48,074 nt of DNA from the NCBI GenBank assembly GCA_964589845.1, contig CAZPUT010000001.1, positions 1 to 48,074 on the forward strand, given 5' to 3'. Below, piece after piece: positions 31,386 to 40,778 of this stretch (the stretch's first letter is position 1; each line of letters opens with the position of its first letter). The DNA comes from an uncultured Candidatus Nitrotoga sp. (GTDB lineage Bacteria; Pseudomonadota; Gammaproteobacteria; Burkholderiales; Gallionellaceae). Under the pieces are notes generated by a model. The model had not been told where the DNA came from. It did not search any database and was given only the letters and a program-made list of their open reading frames with translations. Position numbers and translations under genes: made by a program.

Positions 31386-32825
31386 ATGTTACGCAGAACC
31401 AAGATTGTTGCCACCCTGGGACCAGCCTCCAGCGACCAGAAAGTGCTGGAGCAAATGATACTTGCTGGCGTGGATGTGGTGCGCATGAATTTTTCCCATG
31501 GCACAGCGCAGGACCACGTAGAGCGAGTTGCAAAAGTACGCGCTGCAGCGGCAGCATGTGGCCGTATTGTTGGAATTCTTGCTGACCTGCAAGGCCCGAA
31601 AATTCGGGTAGGAAAACTTGAGAATGACAAGATTATTCTCAAGCAAGGGGATACTTTTATCCTGGATGCAGAATGGACAGGCCTCGGCAATCAGGAACGC
31701 GTTGGTCTTGACTACAAGGACTTGCCTAAGGATGTCAGCAAAGGTTCAGTGCTGTTACTAAATGATGGCATGCTGGAATTCGATGTAACCGAAGTTAAGG
31801 GCGCGCAAATTATCTGCAAAGTCGTATGCGGCGGTGTGCTGTCAAACAATAAGGGCATCAATCGCAAGGGCGGCGGCTTGACTGCACCCGCACTTACCGA
31901 CAAGGACAAGGAGGACATTAAGACCGCGGCCCTGATTAAAGCGGACTATCTGGCGATTTCCTTCCCGCGCTCGGCTGATGACATGAAATTGGCGCGCACA
32001 TTGATGCATGCGGCTGGTGGAAAAAGCTTATTGATGGCTAAAATTGAGCGTGCCGAAGCCATTGCCGTATTGGACGAAATTATTGATGCATCCGACGCTA
32101 TTATGGTGGCTCGAGGCGACCTTTCCGTGGAAGTAGGGGACGCAGCCGTGCCAGGCTTGCAAAAACGCATGATCCGCATGGCGCGTGCCAAAAACAAGTT
32201 GGTTATCACTGCCACACAGATGATGGAGTCCATGATCACGAATCCGATTCCCACTCGTGCGGAAGTATCGGACGTGGCAAATGCAGTGCTGGACGGCACC
32301 GATGCGGTAATGCTGTCAGCAGAAACCGCGGTGGGTGATTATCCCATCGAAACCATCAAATCCATGGTGCGTATCTGTATGAACGCTGAAAGTGAGATGG
32401 AAGATATCGCCACCAGTCACCGTCTACTACAAACGAAATTTGCACGCATCGATGAGGCCATCGCCATGTCTGCGCTATATGCAGCTTCTCACTTTACGAT
32501 CAAAGCGATTGTGGCGCTGACCCAGTCAGGCTCAACTCCTCTGTGGATGTCCCGTATGAATGCAAGGGTGCCGATATTTGCATTAACGCCGACTGAGTCA
32601 ACTTTGAGTAAAGTAACTCTGTTCAGCGGGGTGCACCCGATTGCGTTTAACATTACCTCCAAACTTCCATCAGTAGAGTTGCGCGCAGCGGAGGATGAAC
32701 TGGTACGTTTGGGATTAGTACAAGAAGGTGACATGATTGTGATGACTATAGGCGAAGCCGTTGGCAAGGCTGGCTATACCAATACTATGAAAATTGTCCG
32801 GGTAGGCGATCACCGTAAGAACTGA
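31386..32825 (+). CDS. pyk: Pyruvate kinase
   Basis: Motifs RRTKIVATLGP, DLQGPKIR, MVARGDL, ATQMMESM and DAVMLSAET. Confidence 0.98.
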   Translation: MLRRTKIVATLGPASSDQKVLEQMILAGVDVVRMNFSHGTAQDHVERVAKVRAAAAACGRIVGILADLQGPKIRVGKLENDKIILKQGDTFILDAEWTGLGNQERVGLDYKDLPKDVSKGSVLLLNDGMLEFDVTEVKGAQIICKVVCGGVLSNNKGINRKGGGLTAPALTDKDKEDIKTAALIKADYLAISFPRSADDMKLARTLMHAAGGKSLLMAKIERAEAIAVLDEIIDASDAIMVARGDLSVEVGDAAVPGLQKRMIRMARAKNKLVITATQMMESMITNPIPTRAEVSDVANAVLDGTDAVMLSAETAVGDYPIETIKSMVRICMNAESEMEDIATSHRLLQTKFARIDEAIAMSALYAASHFTIKAIVALTQSGSTPLWMSRMNARVPIFALTPTESTLSKVTLFSGVHPIAFNITSKLPSVELRAAEDELVRLGLVQEGDMIVMTIGEAVGKAGYTNTMKIVRVGDHRKN

Positions 32826-32915
32826 GGGGTTGAAAGCCTCGCCGAGCTTTCCCTTACACTGCCAGATTATATTTTTGATTTTGTGTGATAACTTTAAATT
32901 TCCTAGGAGAAAAAA

Positions 32916-33980
32916 ATGGCTCTAGTTTCATTACGCCAGCTGCTGGATCATGCAGCCGAGAACGGATACGGTCTGCCCGCATTCAACGTCAATAATTTGG
33001 AACAGGTCAAGGCAATCATGGAGGCGGCGGATGAAACCAACAGCCCAGTGATTATGCAAGGCTCAGCTGGTGCCCGAAAATATGCTGGCGAAGCATTCTT
33101 GCGCCACCTGATTCTTGCTGCAGTAGAGACTTATCCGCACATTCCAGTAGTAATGCACCAAGATCACGGCGCTTCCCCGGCTGTATGTATTAACGCCATT
33201 CGCTCCGGATTCTCCAGCGTAATGATGGATGGTTCTTTGAAAGAAGATGCCAAAACTCCATCCTCTTACGAATACAACGTTGAAGTAACAAGTAAAGTTG
33301 TTGATATTTCCCACGCAGTGGGCGTATCCGTTGAAGGTGAGCTAGGTTGCTTGGGCTCACTTGAAACCGGCATGGGCGAACAGGAAGATGGACAAGGTGC
33401 GGAAGGCAAACTAGATCACTCGCAACTGCTAACCGACCCAGAAGAAGCAGCCGACTTTGTCCGGAAAACTGGTGTAGATGCACTGGCGATAGCCATCGGC
33501 ACCTCGCACGGTGCATACAAATTCACCCGCCCGCCCACAGGCGACACTTTGGATATTAAGCGTATCAAGGCAATCCACGCTCGCATTCCCAATACTCACT
33601 TGGTGATGCATGGCTCTTCTTCTGTACCGCAAGAGTGGTTGAAGATCATTGACCAATTTGGCGGCGACATGGGGGAAACCTACGGCGTGCCAGTTTCGGA
33701 GATAGTCGAGGGTATAAAACACGGCGTGCGAAAAATTAACATCGACACAGATTTGCGCATGGCATCTACAGGCGCGGTGCGTCGTCACTTGGCACAAAAC
33801 CCCAAAAATTTTGATCCACGTAAATTCTTGGCGGAATCGACCATCGCCATGAAAGAAATTTGCAAAGCACGTTATGAAGCCTTCGGTTCTGCTGGCCAAG
33901 CTTCTAAAATAAAAGCATTATCACTGGATGCGATGGCCATCAGGTACACCAAAGGTGAGCTGAAAGCCATCGTCAAATAA
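32916..33980 (+). CDS. fba: Class II fructose-bisphosphate aldolase (CbbA-like type)
   Basis: Motifs [29 protein letters not shown] and KINIDTD. Confidence 0.97.
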   Translation: MALVSLRQLLDHAAENGYGLPAFNVNNLEQVKAIMEAADETNSPVIMQGSAGARKYAGEAFLRHLILAAVETYPHIPVVMHQDHGASPAVCINAIRSGFSSVMMDGSLKEDAKTPSSYEYNVEVTSKVVDISHAVGVSVEGELGCLGSLETGMGEQEDGQGAEGKLDHSQLLTDPEEAADFVRKTGVDALAIAIGTSHGAYKFTRPPTGDTLDIKRIKAIHARIPNTHLVMHGSSSVPQEWLKIIDQFGGDMGETYGVPVSEIVEGIKHGVRKINIDTDLRMASTGAVRRHLAQNPKNFDPRKFLAESTIAMKEICKARYEAFGSAGQASKIKALSLDAMAIRYTKGELKAIVK

Positions 33981-33998
33981 TTCAATGTAAGCGCAATT

Positions 33999-34028
33999 AA
34001 AAAAAGCGGTTTTTGAACCGCTTTTTTT
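33999..34028 (+). terminator. Rho-independent terminator (bidirectional geometry) after fba
   Basis: AAAAAAAGCGGTT-TTTG-AACCGCTTTTTTT. Confidence 0.9.
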
Positions 34029-34267
34029 ATCCCGAGAATTAAAGGTAAGCACCCGTAGCTAACACAGAAAATTATAAATTTCGCCAGTTCCCGTTAAACA
34101 CTCCTAACCTCTCGCAAATTTATGCAACTCTCGTTCTAAAATATCCCGCCGTTCAATTTCAGAATGGGAAGATTGCTTACGCCAGTATTCATGCATTAGA
34201 TGAAAGAATGCGAAGCTGGTAACATTGAAATTCCTGCAAGTATGAAATTCAGAATGCTTAAAACATC

Positions 34268-34609
34268 ATGCAATATATACAAAATCTTCCCCTTCCTCCG
34301 TCTGTAAAAGGGTTAGAGGATATCAATGAAGTAACAAAGTTAACTGAAATTAAACCAGTTAAGTCCGTCCCAGAGCGCACCCAGCCGTCACTGGTTTTTC
34401 GGCCATTTACACGATCTGAACATCAGCACAACTTTTTGATTAAGCCACTCGAGAGGCGAAATGCAGAGACCCATCTTGGTGAACGCCGAACAATCTGCCG
34501 TCGTATCAAAATTCAGCCTCTCCTGAAAGAGCTTCGCTCAAAGGTAGACCGACGACACCACAAGCAAAGAAAAACAGATATAACAGAACATATAGATGAA
34601 GATGCCTAG
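34268..34609 (+). CDS. Hypothetical basic protein with repeated ERR/DRR motifs
   Basis: 113-aa ATG-initiated ORF filling the intergenic gap, with ERRN, ERRTICRR and DRRHHKQR. Confidence 0.6.
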   Translation: MQYIQNLPLPPSVKGLEDINEVTKLTEIKPVKSVPERTQPSLVFRPFTRSEHQHNFLIKPLERRNAETHLGERRTICRRIKIQPLLKELRSKVDRRHHKQRKTDITEHIDEDA

Positions 34610-34743
34610 AACTGGAAGTTGTTTAACATAACTGATTACATCAATCATGGGATGGCTACTCTTATGGCAAGTTACTTCGTGAAGTGTGGATATAAGTTTA
34701 GTTTTGTATGGCAGGAATCGGCATATTTTTTGGTGAATTTCTG

Positions 34744-35550
34744 ATGAATGAAAAAAACGATCTCAACCAACCCGCTAAAACAGCTACACAAATTAGCAAG
34801 CATGACTACCGAAAGATGCTCCATGCCCTTCAGGTTGAGCTGGTCAAGCTGCAACGGCACTTCATTAAATGCAATGACAAAATCCTAATCATTTTTGAAG
34901 GCCGGGATGCGTCTGGAAAAGATGGCACAATCAAGCGCATCGTCCAGCATTTGAGTCCCCGTGAAACGCGCGTCGTGGCACTCGGCAGACCTTCGGACCG
35001 AGATCAAACAGTGTGGTACTTCCAGCGTTATGTTCCCTATCTGCCCGCAGCTCAAGAGCTCGTACTGTTTAACCGCAGTTGGTACAACCGCGCGGGTGTC
35101 GAGCGGGTAATGGGCTTTTGTACTGACGCTGAGCATGAGGAATTTATGGATTCAGTATCAGAGTTCGAACACATGTTGGTCCATTCAGGTATCAAGCTTT
35201 TTAAGTACTACCTCGACATAAGCAAACGCGAACAGAAGAAACGTTTAGATGAGCGCATGACAGACCCGCTCACCCAATGGAAAGTCAGCGCACTTGACAG
35301 TCAGGCCATCAAGAAATGGAAGCCATACAGCTTGGCGCGCAACGAAATGTTGGTTCGCTCACACAACACAACAGCTCCATGGACAATAGTTCGTGCCAAC
35401 GATAAGTATTTGACACGACTTAATGTTATTAAGGATCTGCTCAACCGCCTTAATTACGAGGATAAGGATGAACGAATGGTTCTGCCGGATCCACGGGTCA
35501 TATTAACCTACGATGCAACATATCTCGAAAATGGCGTGCTGGAGCCGTAG
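34744..35550 (+). CDS. ppk2: Polyphosphate kinase 2 (single domain)
   Basis: Motifs FEGRDASGKDG, WYFQRY and FNRSWYNRAGVERVMGFC. The start may be 34708 or 34744. Confidence 0.95.
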   Translation: MNEKNDLNQPAKTATQISKHDYRKMLHALQVELVKLQRHFIKCNDKILIIFEGRDASGKDGTIKRIVQHLSPRETRVVALGRPSDRDQTVWYFQRYVPYLPAAQELVLFNRSWYNRAGVERVMGFCTDAEHEEFMDSVSEFEHMLVHSGIKLFKYYLDISKREQKKRLDERMTDPLTQWKVSALDSQAIKKWKPYSLARNEMLVRSHNTTAPWTIVRANDKYLTRLNVIKDLLNRLNYEDKDERMVLPDPRVILTYDATYLENGVLEP

Positions 35551-35650
35551 CCGGAGATTTATGAACACCGCCCCTTAATGATTGTCCCCGCCGTTTAGCT
35601 TGGCGTTCAATCTGTAGCCTTCTTTCTGGCAAGCGACCCGCCCCCCTCAG

Positions 35651-35671
35651 TCAGTGCGTCACCGCACATAC
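35651..35671 (+). promoter_or_regulatory. Palindromic GTGCG-N4-CGCAC site upstream of wrbA
   Basis: TCAGTGCGTCACCGCACATAC, 20/21 identical to the copy at 40579. A TAAGCT -10-like hexamer lies at 35691. Confidence 0.6.
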
Positions 35672-35757
35672 AATAGACTTAACCTTAAGATAAGCTTTAC
35701 CTGTATTTTTGGCGACACTCAATGTCGATATGAGCCTATACAACACTACAGAGGTAC

Positions 35758-36381
35758 ATGATGACAACCAAGATTCAGGTAATCTTTTACAGTTCCCACG
35801 GACATATATATCAGATGGCGGAAGCCATCATGGCTGGCGTACGCGAAATATCGGATGTTGAGGCAACTCTGTGGCAGGTGCCGGAACTGATGCCTGACGA
35901 TGCATTAAAAACGCATGCCAAAACTGCGCGTACATCGTTTGCACAGATACCTACCGCCAAACCAGAGCAGTTGGCTGAGGCCGATGCCATCATTTTTGGC
36001 ACGCCCACGCGCTTCGGTAATATGTGCGCCCAGATGCGCAATTTTCTTGATCAGACTGGAGGACTGTGGATGAAGGGCGCGCTAATTGGCAAGGTAGGCA
36101 GCGTTTTTACCAGTTCGGCCACCCAGCATGGCGGCCAGGAATCAACGATACTCAGTTTTCATACCTCGCTGTTACACCAAGGCATGGTGATCGTCGGTGT
36201 GCCCTATTCTGAAGAGCGACAAATGACCATCAGCGAAATCACTGGCGGTAGTCCCTACGGCGCATCAACAATCACTGGTGGCGATGGCGCACGGCAACCG
36301 AGCGAGAACGAACTTGCGATTGCACGTTTTCAAGGCCGACATGTCGCTGAAATTACCAAGCGGCTAAAAATAGCTGCATAA
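35758..36381 (+). CDS. wrbA: NAD(P)H:quinone oxidoreductase WrbA
   Basis: Motifs [28 protein letters not shown] and GGSPYGAST. Confidence 0.95.
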   Translation: MMTTKIQVIFYSSHGHIYQMAEAIMAGVREISDVEATLWQVPELMPDDALKTHAKTARTSFAQIPTAKPEQLAEADAIIFGTPTRFGNMCAQMRNFLDQTGGLWMKGALIGKVGSVFTSSATQHGGQESTILSFHTSLLHQGMVIVGVPYSEERQMTISEITGGSPYGASTITGGDGARQPSENELAIARFQGRHVAEITKRLKIAA

Positions 36382-36454
36382 ATGCCAGATCGTGAACATT
36401 TAGCAGGCGCATCTCAATATAACTTTCTAACTACTCCAAAAAAGGATTTCAACT

Positions 36455-36880
36455 ATGAATGCATTGAACAGCTTTGGTCCATTAGCGGGCCGTATTTTGA
36501 TGGCACTCATCTTCGTTATGTCGGGCTTCGGTAAAATCACCGGCTTTGAAGGGACGGTAGGGTATATAGCCGGCAAGGGGCTGCCAATGCCGGAATTGCT
36601 TGCCATCGGCGCCATCATCGTTGAACTGGGCGGAGGCATCATGCTGATCGTCGGTTGGAATGCACGTTGGGCCGCCGCCGCGATATTTGTATTCACCGCA
36701 ATGGCCGCACAGTTCTTCCATAATTTCTGGGCCGTGCCGCCCGCCGAAGTACAAAACCAGACGATCAACTTCATGAAGAACATTTCCATGATGGGCGGCT
36801 TACTTTATGTTGTCATACACGGAAGCGGGGCTTTTAGTTTAAGTCGTGGCACTAATATTGATCCGGCAGCTGAAATTTGA
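36455..36880 (+). CDS. DoxX family membrane protein
   Basis: GRILMALIFVMSGFGKI...ELGGG...FHNFW...FMKNISMMGGLL. Confidence 0.9.
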   Translation: MNALNSFGPLAGRILMALIFVMSGFGKITGFEGTVGYIAGKGLPMPELLAIGAIIVELGGGIMLIVGWNARWAAAAIFVFTAMAAQFFHNFWAVPPAEVQNQTINFMKNISMMGGLLYVVIHGSGAFSLSRGTNIDPAAEI

Positions 36881-36959
36881 AGTTTTCAGGTGGCATAATT
36901 TACGCGAGGATCCTAACCTTGATGCGCCGGAATTTTTGAACAAATGGTGTGCGGCATTG

Positions 36960-37140
36960 CGCTTCCGGATGTCGCTCATAAGCCTTCTTGATCGGCTTTT
37001 GCGGAGTAAACCATCAGCGTTTGAAGTGGTTGCCAACACCCTATATCAGAAGCTTGATCACCCATTTGCGCTTTCCCCCAACTACAACTACATAATGGCG
37101 GCTCGGATCCACAGCGCAAATCTATTTTCAGTTTTTCCGG
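36960..37140 (-). mobile_element. Decayed IS630-family transposase fragment (winged HTH region)
   Basis: Minus-strand translation across frameshifts and stops gives PEKLKID/FALWIRAAIM*L...VIKLLI*GVGNHFKR*WFTPQKPIKKAYERHPEA, matching the IS630 pattern PEQLKxDFALW...GVGNYLKRWGFTPQKPIKKAYEQ. Confidence 0.8.
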
Positions 37141-37275
37141 ATCGTAGATAACTCTCTGAACAATTTCACTTTAATGCAACAATAGGCATCACGCTATGTT
37201 TATCAACACTAGATTTATGAGTGCTATATGTTTAAGCATATTTATTTGCTTGCTACAAGGGCATCCACAATTTAC

Positions 37276-37304
37276 TTGACAACATTTTCAATTAAAGATA
37301 CATT
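37276..37304 (+). promoter_or_regulatory. Sigma70 promoter of the ncgABC-nirK operon
   Basis: TTGACA (37276-37281), a 17-bp spacer, then TACATT (37299-37304). Confidence 0.7.
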
Positions 37305-37320
37305 AAAAATATATCTTTAA
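37292..37320. promoter_or_regulatory. NsrR-type operator overlapping the -10 element
   Basis: TTAAAGATACAT-TAAAA-ATATATCTTTAA, an 11-1-11 inverted repeat resembling the AAGATGyATnnnnnATrCATCTT NsrR box. Confidence 0.7.
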
Positions 37321-37359
37321 TTGAAAATATATAGCAATAGAAATTTGGATGATAAAAAA

Positions 37360-38439
37360 ATGACAATTGCCTTGTATAAATTGTGTGCGTCCACTGTAGC
37401 CCGCTATCTCAGGAATATTTTAATATTTTGTTTCTTGGCGGGAATTGCCACTGCAAGCTGGGCTGAGCAGCGCGAATTTACTCTGAGCATTGATGAAGTT
37501 TCAATAGAAGTAGCTCCAGGCTTTACCAATAAAGTTTGGGCGTTCAACGGACAAGTGCCAGGGCCACTCATCCACGTCAAGGAGGGAGATGATGTGATGG
37601 TGCATGTAACCAACAACACCACACTTCCCCATACCATCCATTGGCATGGGGTTAACCAGACCGGCAGTTGGCAACAAGATGGCGTGCCAGGTATCTCACA
37701 AGAAGCTATTCAGCCCGGCGAATCTTATACCTATAAATTCAATGTTGATCGTCCCGGGAGCCTTTGGTACCACTGCCATGTAAACGTCTGGGAGCATGTG
37801 GCGATACGCGGGATGTGGGGGCCACTGATCGTCGATCCAAAAAATCCAAGCACACTCGAAAAAGAAGTTACTTTGGATGCCATTCTGATGATGAGCACTT
37901 GGCAATCTCCATATGCCAGCGTATATGGCAAAGGAGGCAGCCCGCAGGATGTTTCTGATTACTTTTCAGTAAACGCAAAATCCTTCCCATTCACCCAGCC
38001 AATTCGAGTCAAGAAAGGTGATGTGTTGAGAATGCGTTTTATTGGCGCAGGCGATGAAACACATCAAATGCATATGCATGGGCACGACATGCTCGTCACC
38101 CACAAAGACGGTTATCCACTTGCCAGTCCTTACTATGTTGACACTGTTCCGGTAGGACCCGGTGAGCGTTATGACGTGATCGTCAAGATGAACAATCCTG
38201 GACTCTTCATAATGCACGACCATGTTGACAAACACATGACAAACAACGGTGCCTCGATGGGTGGGCCGATGACCGTTTTTGAATATGAAGGCGTCAAGAT
38301 GAATGACTGGTACACATGGAAAAATAAAGTATATGACCCCAATTTTTTCTACAGTGTATCGCTTAAGCAGGGATATGGGCTTTTCAACAGCGCACCTTTC
38401 ATGGGCAAAATAATCGAACAGGGGAAAAGGAGGAGATAA
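37360..38439 (+). CDS. ncgA: Two-domain multicopper oxidase, type C (NcgA/Pan1-like blue copper oxidase)
   Basis: Domain 1 has HTIHWH and WYHCHxxxxxHxxxxxM (type-1 Cu). Domain 2 has HQMHMH and HDH (no type-1 Cys). First gene of a nirK operon. Likely ATG start at 37360. Confidence 0.85.
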   Translation: MTIALYKLCASTVARYLRNILIFCFLAGIATASWAEQREFTLSIDEVSIEVAPGFTNKVWAFNGQVPGPLIHVKEGDDVMVHVTNNTTLPHTIHWHGVNQTGSWQQDGVPGISQEAIQPGESYTYKFNVDRPGSLWYHCHVNVWEHVAIRGMWGPLIVDPKNPSTLEKEVTLDAILMMSTWQSPYASVYGKGGSPQDVSDYFSVNAKSFPFTQPIRVKKGDVLRMRFIGAGDETHQMHMHGHDMLVTHKDGYPLASPYYVDTVPVGPGERYDVIVKMNNPGLFIMHDHVDKHMTNNGASMGGPMTVFEYEGVKMNDWYTWKNKVYDPNFFYSVSLKQGYGLFNSAPFMGKIIEQGKRRR

Positions 38440-38441
38440 AT

Positions 38442-39122
38442 ATGAAGCGAGTAGTTCTTATTGCCTTACTTGGTTTTTCTGGAGCAACCCTCGCCAAGGG
38501 AGAAATGCTTCAGGGGAGTTGTTCCGCCTGCCACAACATTAAAGGGCCGGCAACACAGACTTTGAAAACTGCCTTTGAGAAGAAGGGGCCAGATCTCTTC
38601 TACGCGGGCAATAAATATCGCCAAGAATGGCTGGTATCTTGGCTGCAAAAGCCCGGACGGATTCGTCCAGCCGGAATGTACTATGGCGGGCATATCAAGG
38701 CTGGGGCAAAAGGTGATGAAATTGATACTTCGACTCTCACGGATCATATTGCACTTTCCAAGGCCGATGCCGCCTCAGTTGCGGCCGAGCTCATGAAGAT
38801 GAAACCGCATGACGATTTGATCGCAAAGGAGAAAGTTGAGTCCGGTACGATAACAAAGCAGATGGGGGAAATGGCCTTCACTAAATTCTTGGGCTGTATG
38901 GCCTGTCACTTGATCGAGCCTGAATATGGTGGGCTATCGGGGCCAGAGCTTTATACGGCGGCCAAGCGCCTGCAACCGCAATATATATCGAGCTTCATCA
39001 GATCTCCTCAAGCTTGGGAGCCAAAATCCATGATGCCAAACAAAATTTTATCGGAGGTGAATATACAGAAAATGGTCCATTATCTTGAGACACTGAGCAA
39101 GGAGGTTGCAAATGCCAACTAA
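38442..39122 (+). CDS. ncgB: Di-haem cytochrome c (NcgB-like)
   Basis: Signal peptide plus two haem motifs, CSACH and CMACH. Confidence 0.8.
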   Translation: MKRVVLIALLGFSGATLAKGEMLQGSCSACHNIKGPATQTLKTAFEKKGPDLFYAGNKYRQEWLVSWLQKPGRIRPAGMYYGGHIKAGAKGDEIDTSTLTDHIALSKADAASVAAELMKMKPHDDLIAKEKVESGTITKQMGEMAFTKFLGCMACHLIEPEYGGLSGPELYTAAKRLQPQYISSFIRSPQAWEPKSMMPNKILSEVNIQKMVHYLETLSKEVANAN

Positions 39123-39462
39123 ATTGTTTTTGTTGATTTTACTAGCGGCTTTCTCAGTTCAAGCCCAAGCCAAGGAAGCGCCCGCTGACAACTACAAAGC
39201 CTATTGTGTTCAATGCCATGGCAGTGATGGAACCGGAAAAGGCGTGAACGTCCGGGACATGTCGGTCGTGCCGCGTGATCATACCGATGCAAAGTCAATG
39301 TCGGGTCGGTCGGACGAAACATTATTCAAAGCAATCAAAGAGGGTGGGCCATCCATTGAAAAATCAATATTGATGCCTCCTTGGGGTGCAACCTTAAGCG
39401 ACGAAGAAATCAAGGATTTGGTGCAGCATCTACGCATGTTATGCAAGTGCAAATTTGGTTAG
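39112..39462 (+). CDS. ncgC: Mono-haem cytochrome c (NcgC-like)
   Basis: Signal peptide, CVQCH haem motif and MPPW distal Met. Overlaps the previous gene. Confidence 0.8.
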   Translation: MPTKLFLLILLAAFSVQAQAKEAPADNYKAYCVQCHGSDGTGKGVNVRDMSVVPRDHTDAKSMSGRSDETLFKAIKEGGPSIEKSILMPPWGATLSDEEIKDLVQHLRMLCKCKFG

Positions 39463-39537
39463 TAAATGGCAGTAGCAAGAAGTGGTGGTAAGAAACAAGT
39501 AATTTGTAGTTAACTTTAAATTAATAAGGGGAATAAT

Positions 39538-40482
39538 ATGTATAAACTTAAAAGTACAGCAGTTGCTGTAATTTTGGTAACTGGGCTTTTTTCCGCACAG
39601 CAAGTATTCGCAAAAACCGTTAAAGTCACGATGACGGCTATGGAAGTTGATCTACCCGTGAATAACAAGGGCGATGTCAAAATGGCAGCATGGACATTCG
39701 ATGGCTCCATTCCTGGCAAGCCTGTCCGCGTAGACGAAGGTGATACAGTTGATTTCACGCTGATCAATCCACCTGAAAACAAAAATTCACACGCAATGGA
39801 CTTTCATGCGGCTCAGGTAGACGTGCTGAATGAATTCGGTGAAATCAAGCCGGGACAAAGTAAACATTTCAAGTTTGAAGCCAAGGTTCCAGGCGTATTC
39901 ATGTACCACTGCGGCGCAAGCACGATGGCTCAGCATATTGCCAAGGGAATGTACGGAATGATCATTGTCGATCCAAAAGATAAAAAGAACTATCCAAAAG
40001 CAGACCGTGAATACATGCTGATTCAGCAGCAATATTTCCCGGACAGCGAGAACATCACTGGCTTACTTGAAAACACAGGTTGGAAAGGCGCTCTCATCAA
40101 CGGCAAAATGTTCCATTACGATCCTGTTCATGAGCCAAATGCAACGCAGGTTCTGGAATCCAAGCCAGGCGAACGTGTCCGTATTTTCTTTGTAAATGCG
40201 AGCATCAACAATCCAGTTGCATTGCATCCTATCGCTGGGATTTGGGATCGTGTTTATATCAACGGCAACCCGAAGAACACTCTATACGGCATTCAAACAT
40301 ACAACGTGGCGGTAGCTGAAGGCAGTACATTTGACATCGTTTCGCCAGCTGACCGTCCGACCAATGTCGCAATCGTCGATCATGCGATGGGAGCAGCATT
40401 ACGCGGTGCCATCACGGTTTTGATGAACAAGCCGGATGCTGATCCGAAAAAAGGACGCGGCGATCAAATCCTGATCAGATAG
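39538..40482 (+). CDS. nirK: Copper-containing nitrite reductase
   Basis: SHAMDFH (type-1 His, catalytic Asp, type-2 His), YHCG...HIAKGM, LHPIAG (catalytic His) and IVDH. Signal peptide present. Confidence 0.93.
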   Translation: MYKLKSTAVAVILVTGLFSAQQVFAKTVKVTMTAMEVDLPVNNKGDVKMAAWTFDGSIPGKPVRVDEGDTVDFTLINPPENKNSHAMDFHAAQVDVLNEFGEIKPGQSKHFKFEAKVPGVFMYHCGASTMAQHIAKGMYGMIIVDPKDKKNYPKADREYMLIQQQYFPDSENITGLLENTGWKGALINGKMFHYDPVHEPNATQVLESKPGERVRIFFVNASINNPVALHPIAGIWDRVYINGNPKNTLYGIQTYNVAVAEGSTFDIVSPADRPTNVAIVDHAMGAALRGAITVLMNKPDADPKKGRGDQILIR

Positions 40483-40505
40483 TTTTTAGTAACGTTATTC
40501 CGCTA

Positions 40506-40535
40506 ATTTTGAGGAGGCTTTTGCCTCCTCAAAAT
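40506..40535 (+). terminator. Stem-loop after nirK, probable terminator
   Basis: ATTTTGAGGAGGC-TTTT-GCCTCCTCAAAAT perfect 13-bp stem. The U-tract is weak. Confidence 0.7.
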
Positions 40536-40578
40536 ATTTAAGCCAGACGTTTGCACATCACGTTGGCCCGTTTTTCAT

Positions 40579-40599
40579 TCAGTGCGTCATCGCACATAC
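40579..40599 (+). promoter_or_regulatory. Palindromic GTGCG-N4-CGCAC site upstream of the DUF1264 gene
   Basis: TCAGTGCGTCATCGCACATAC with TACAAT at 40619, the same spacing as the wrbA copy. Confidence 0.6.
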
Positions 40600-40778
40600 G
40601 TACAGTTGTTAAGAGGTATACAATAAAACTTCCTCTGAATTGATCTGCAAAGAGGAAATTTGAAATGCCTACTATCGAAAAAAGTGGTATTAAAACCCAC
40701 AAATGAAAATAAATAGGCATAGAGCGTATAGAAATCATCCGAGCTTTAACTATAAAAAAACCATAAGGAGATTCAATT

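Noticed and set aside
36846-37151. 101-aa plus-strand and 66-aa minus-strand ORFs after doxX
   Set aside because: Better explained as off-frame readings of the IS630 remnant.
37276-37291. TTGAC-N6-TTCAA as an FNR box
   Set aside because: The spacer is 6 bp rather than 4, and the sequence is explained by the -35 element.
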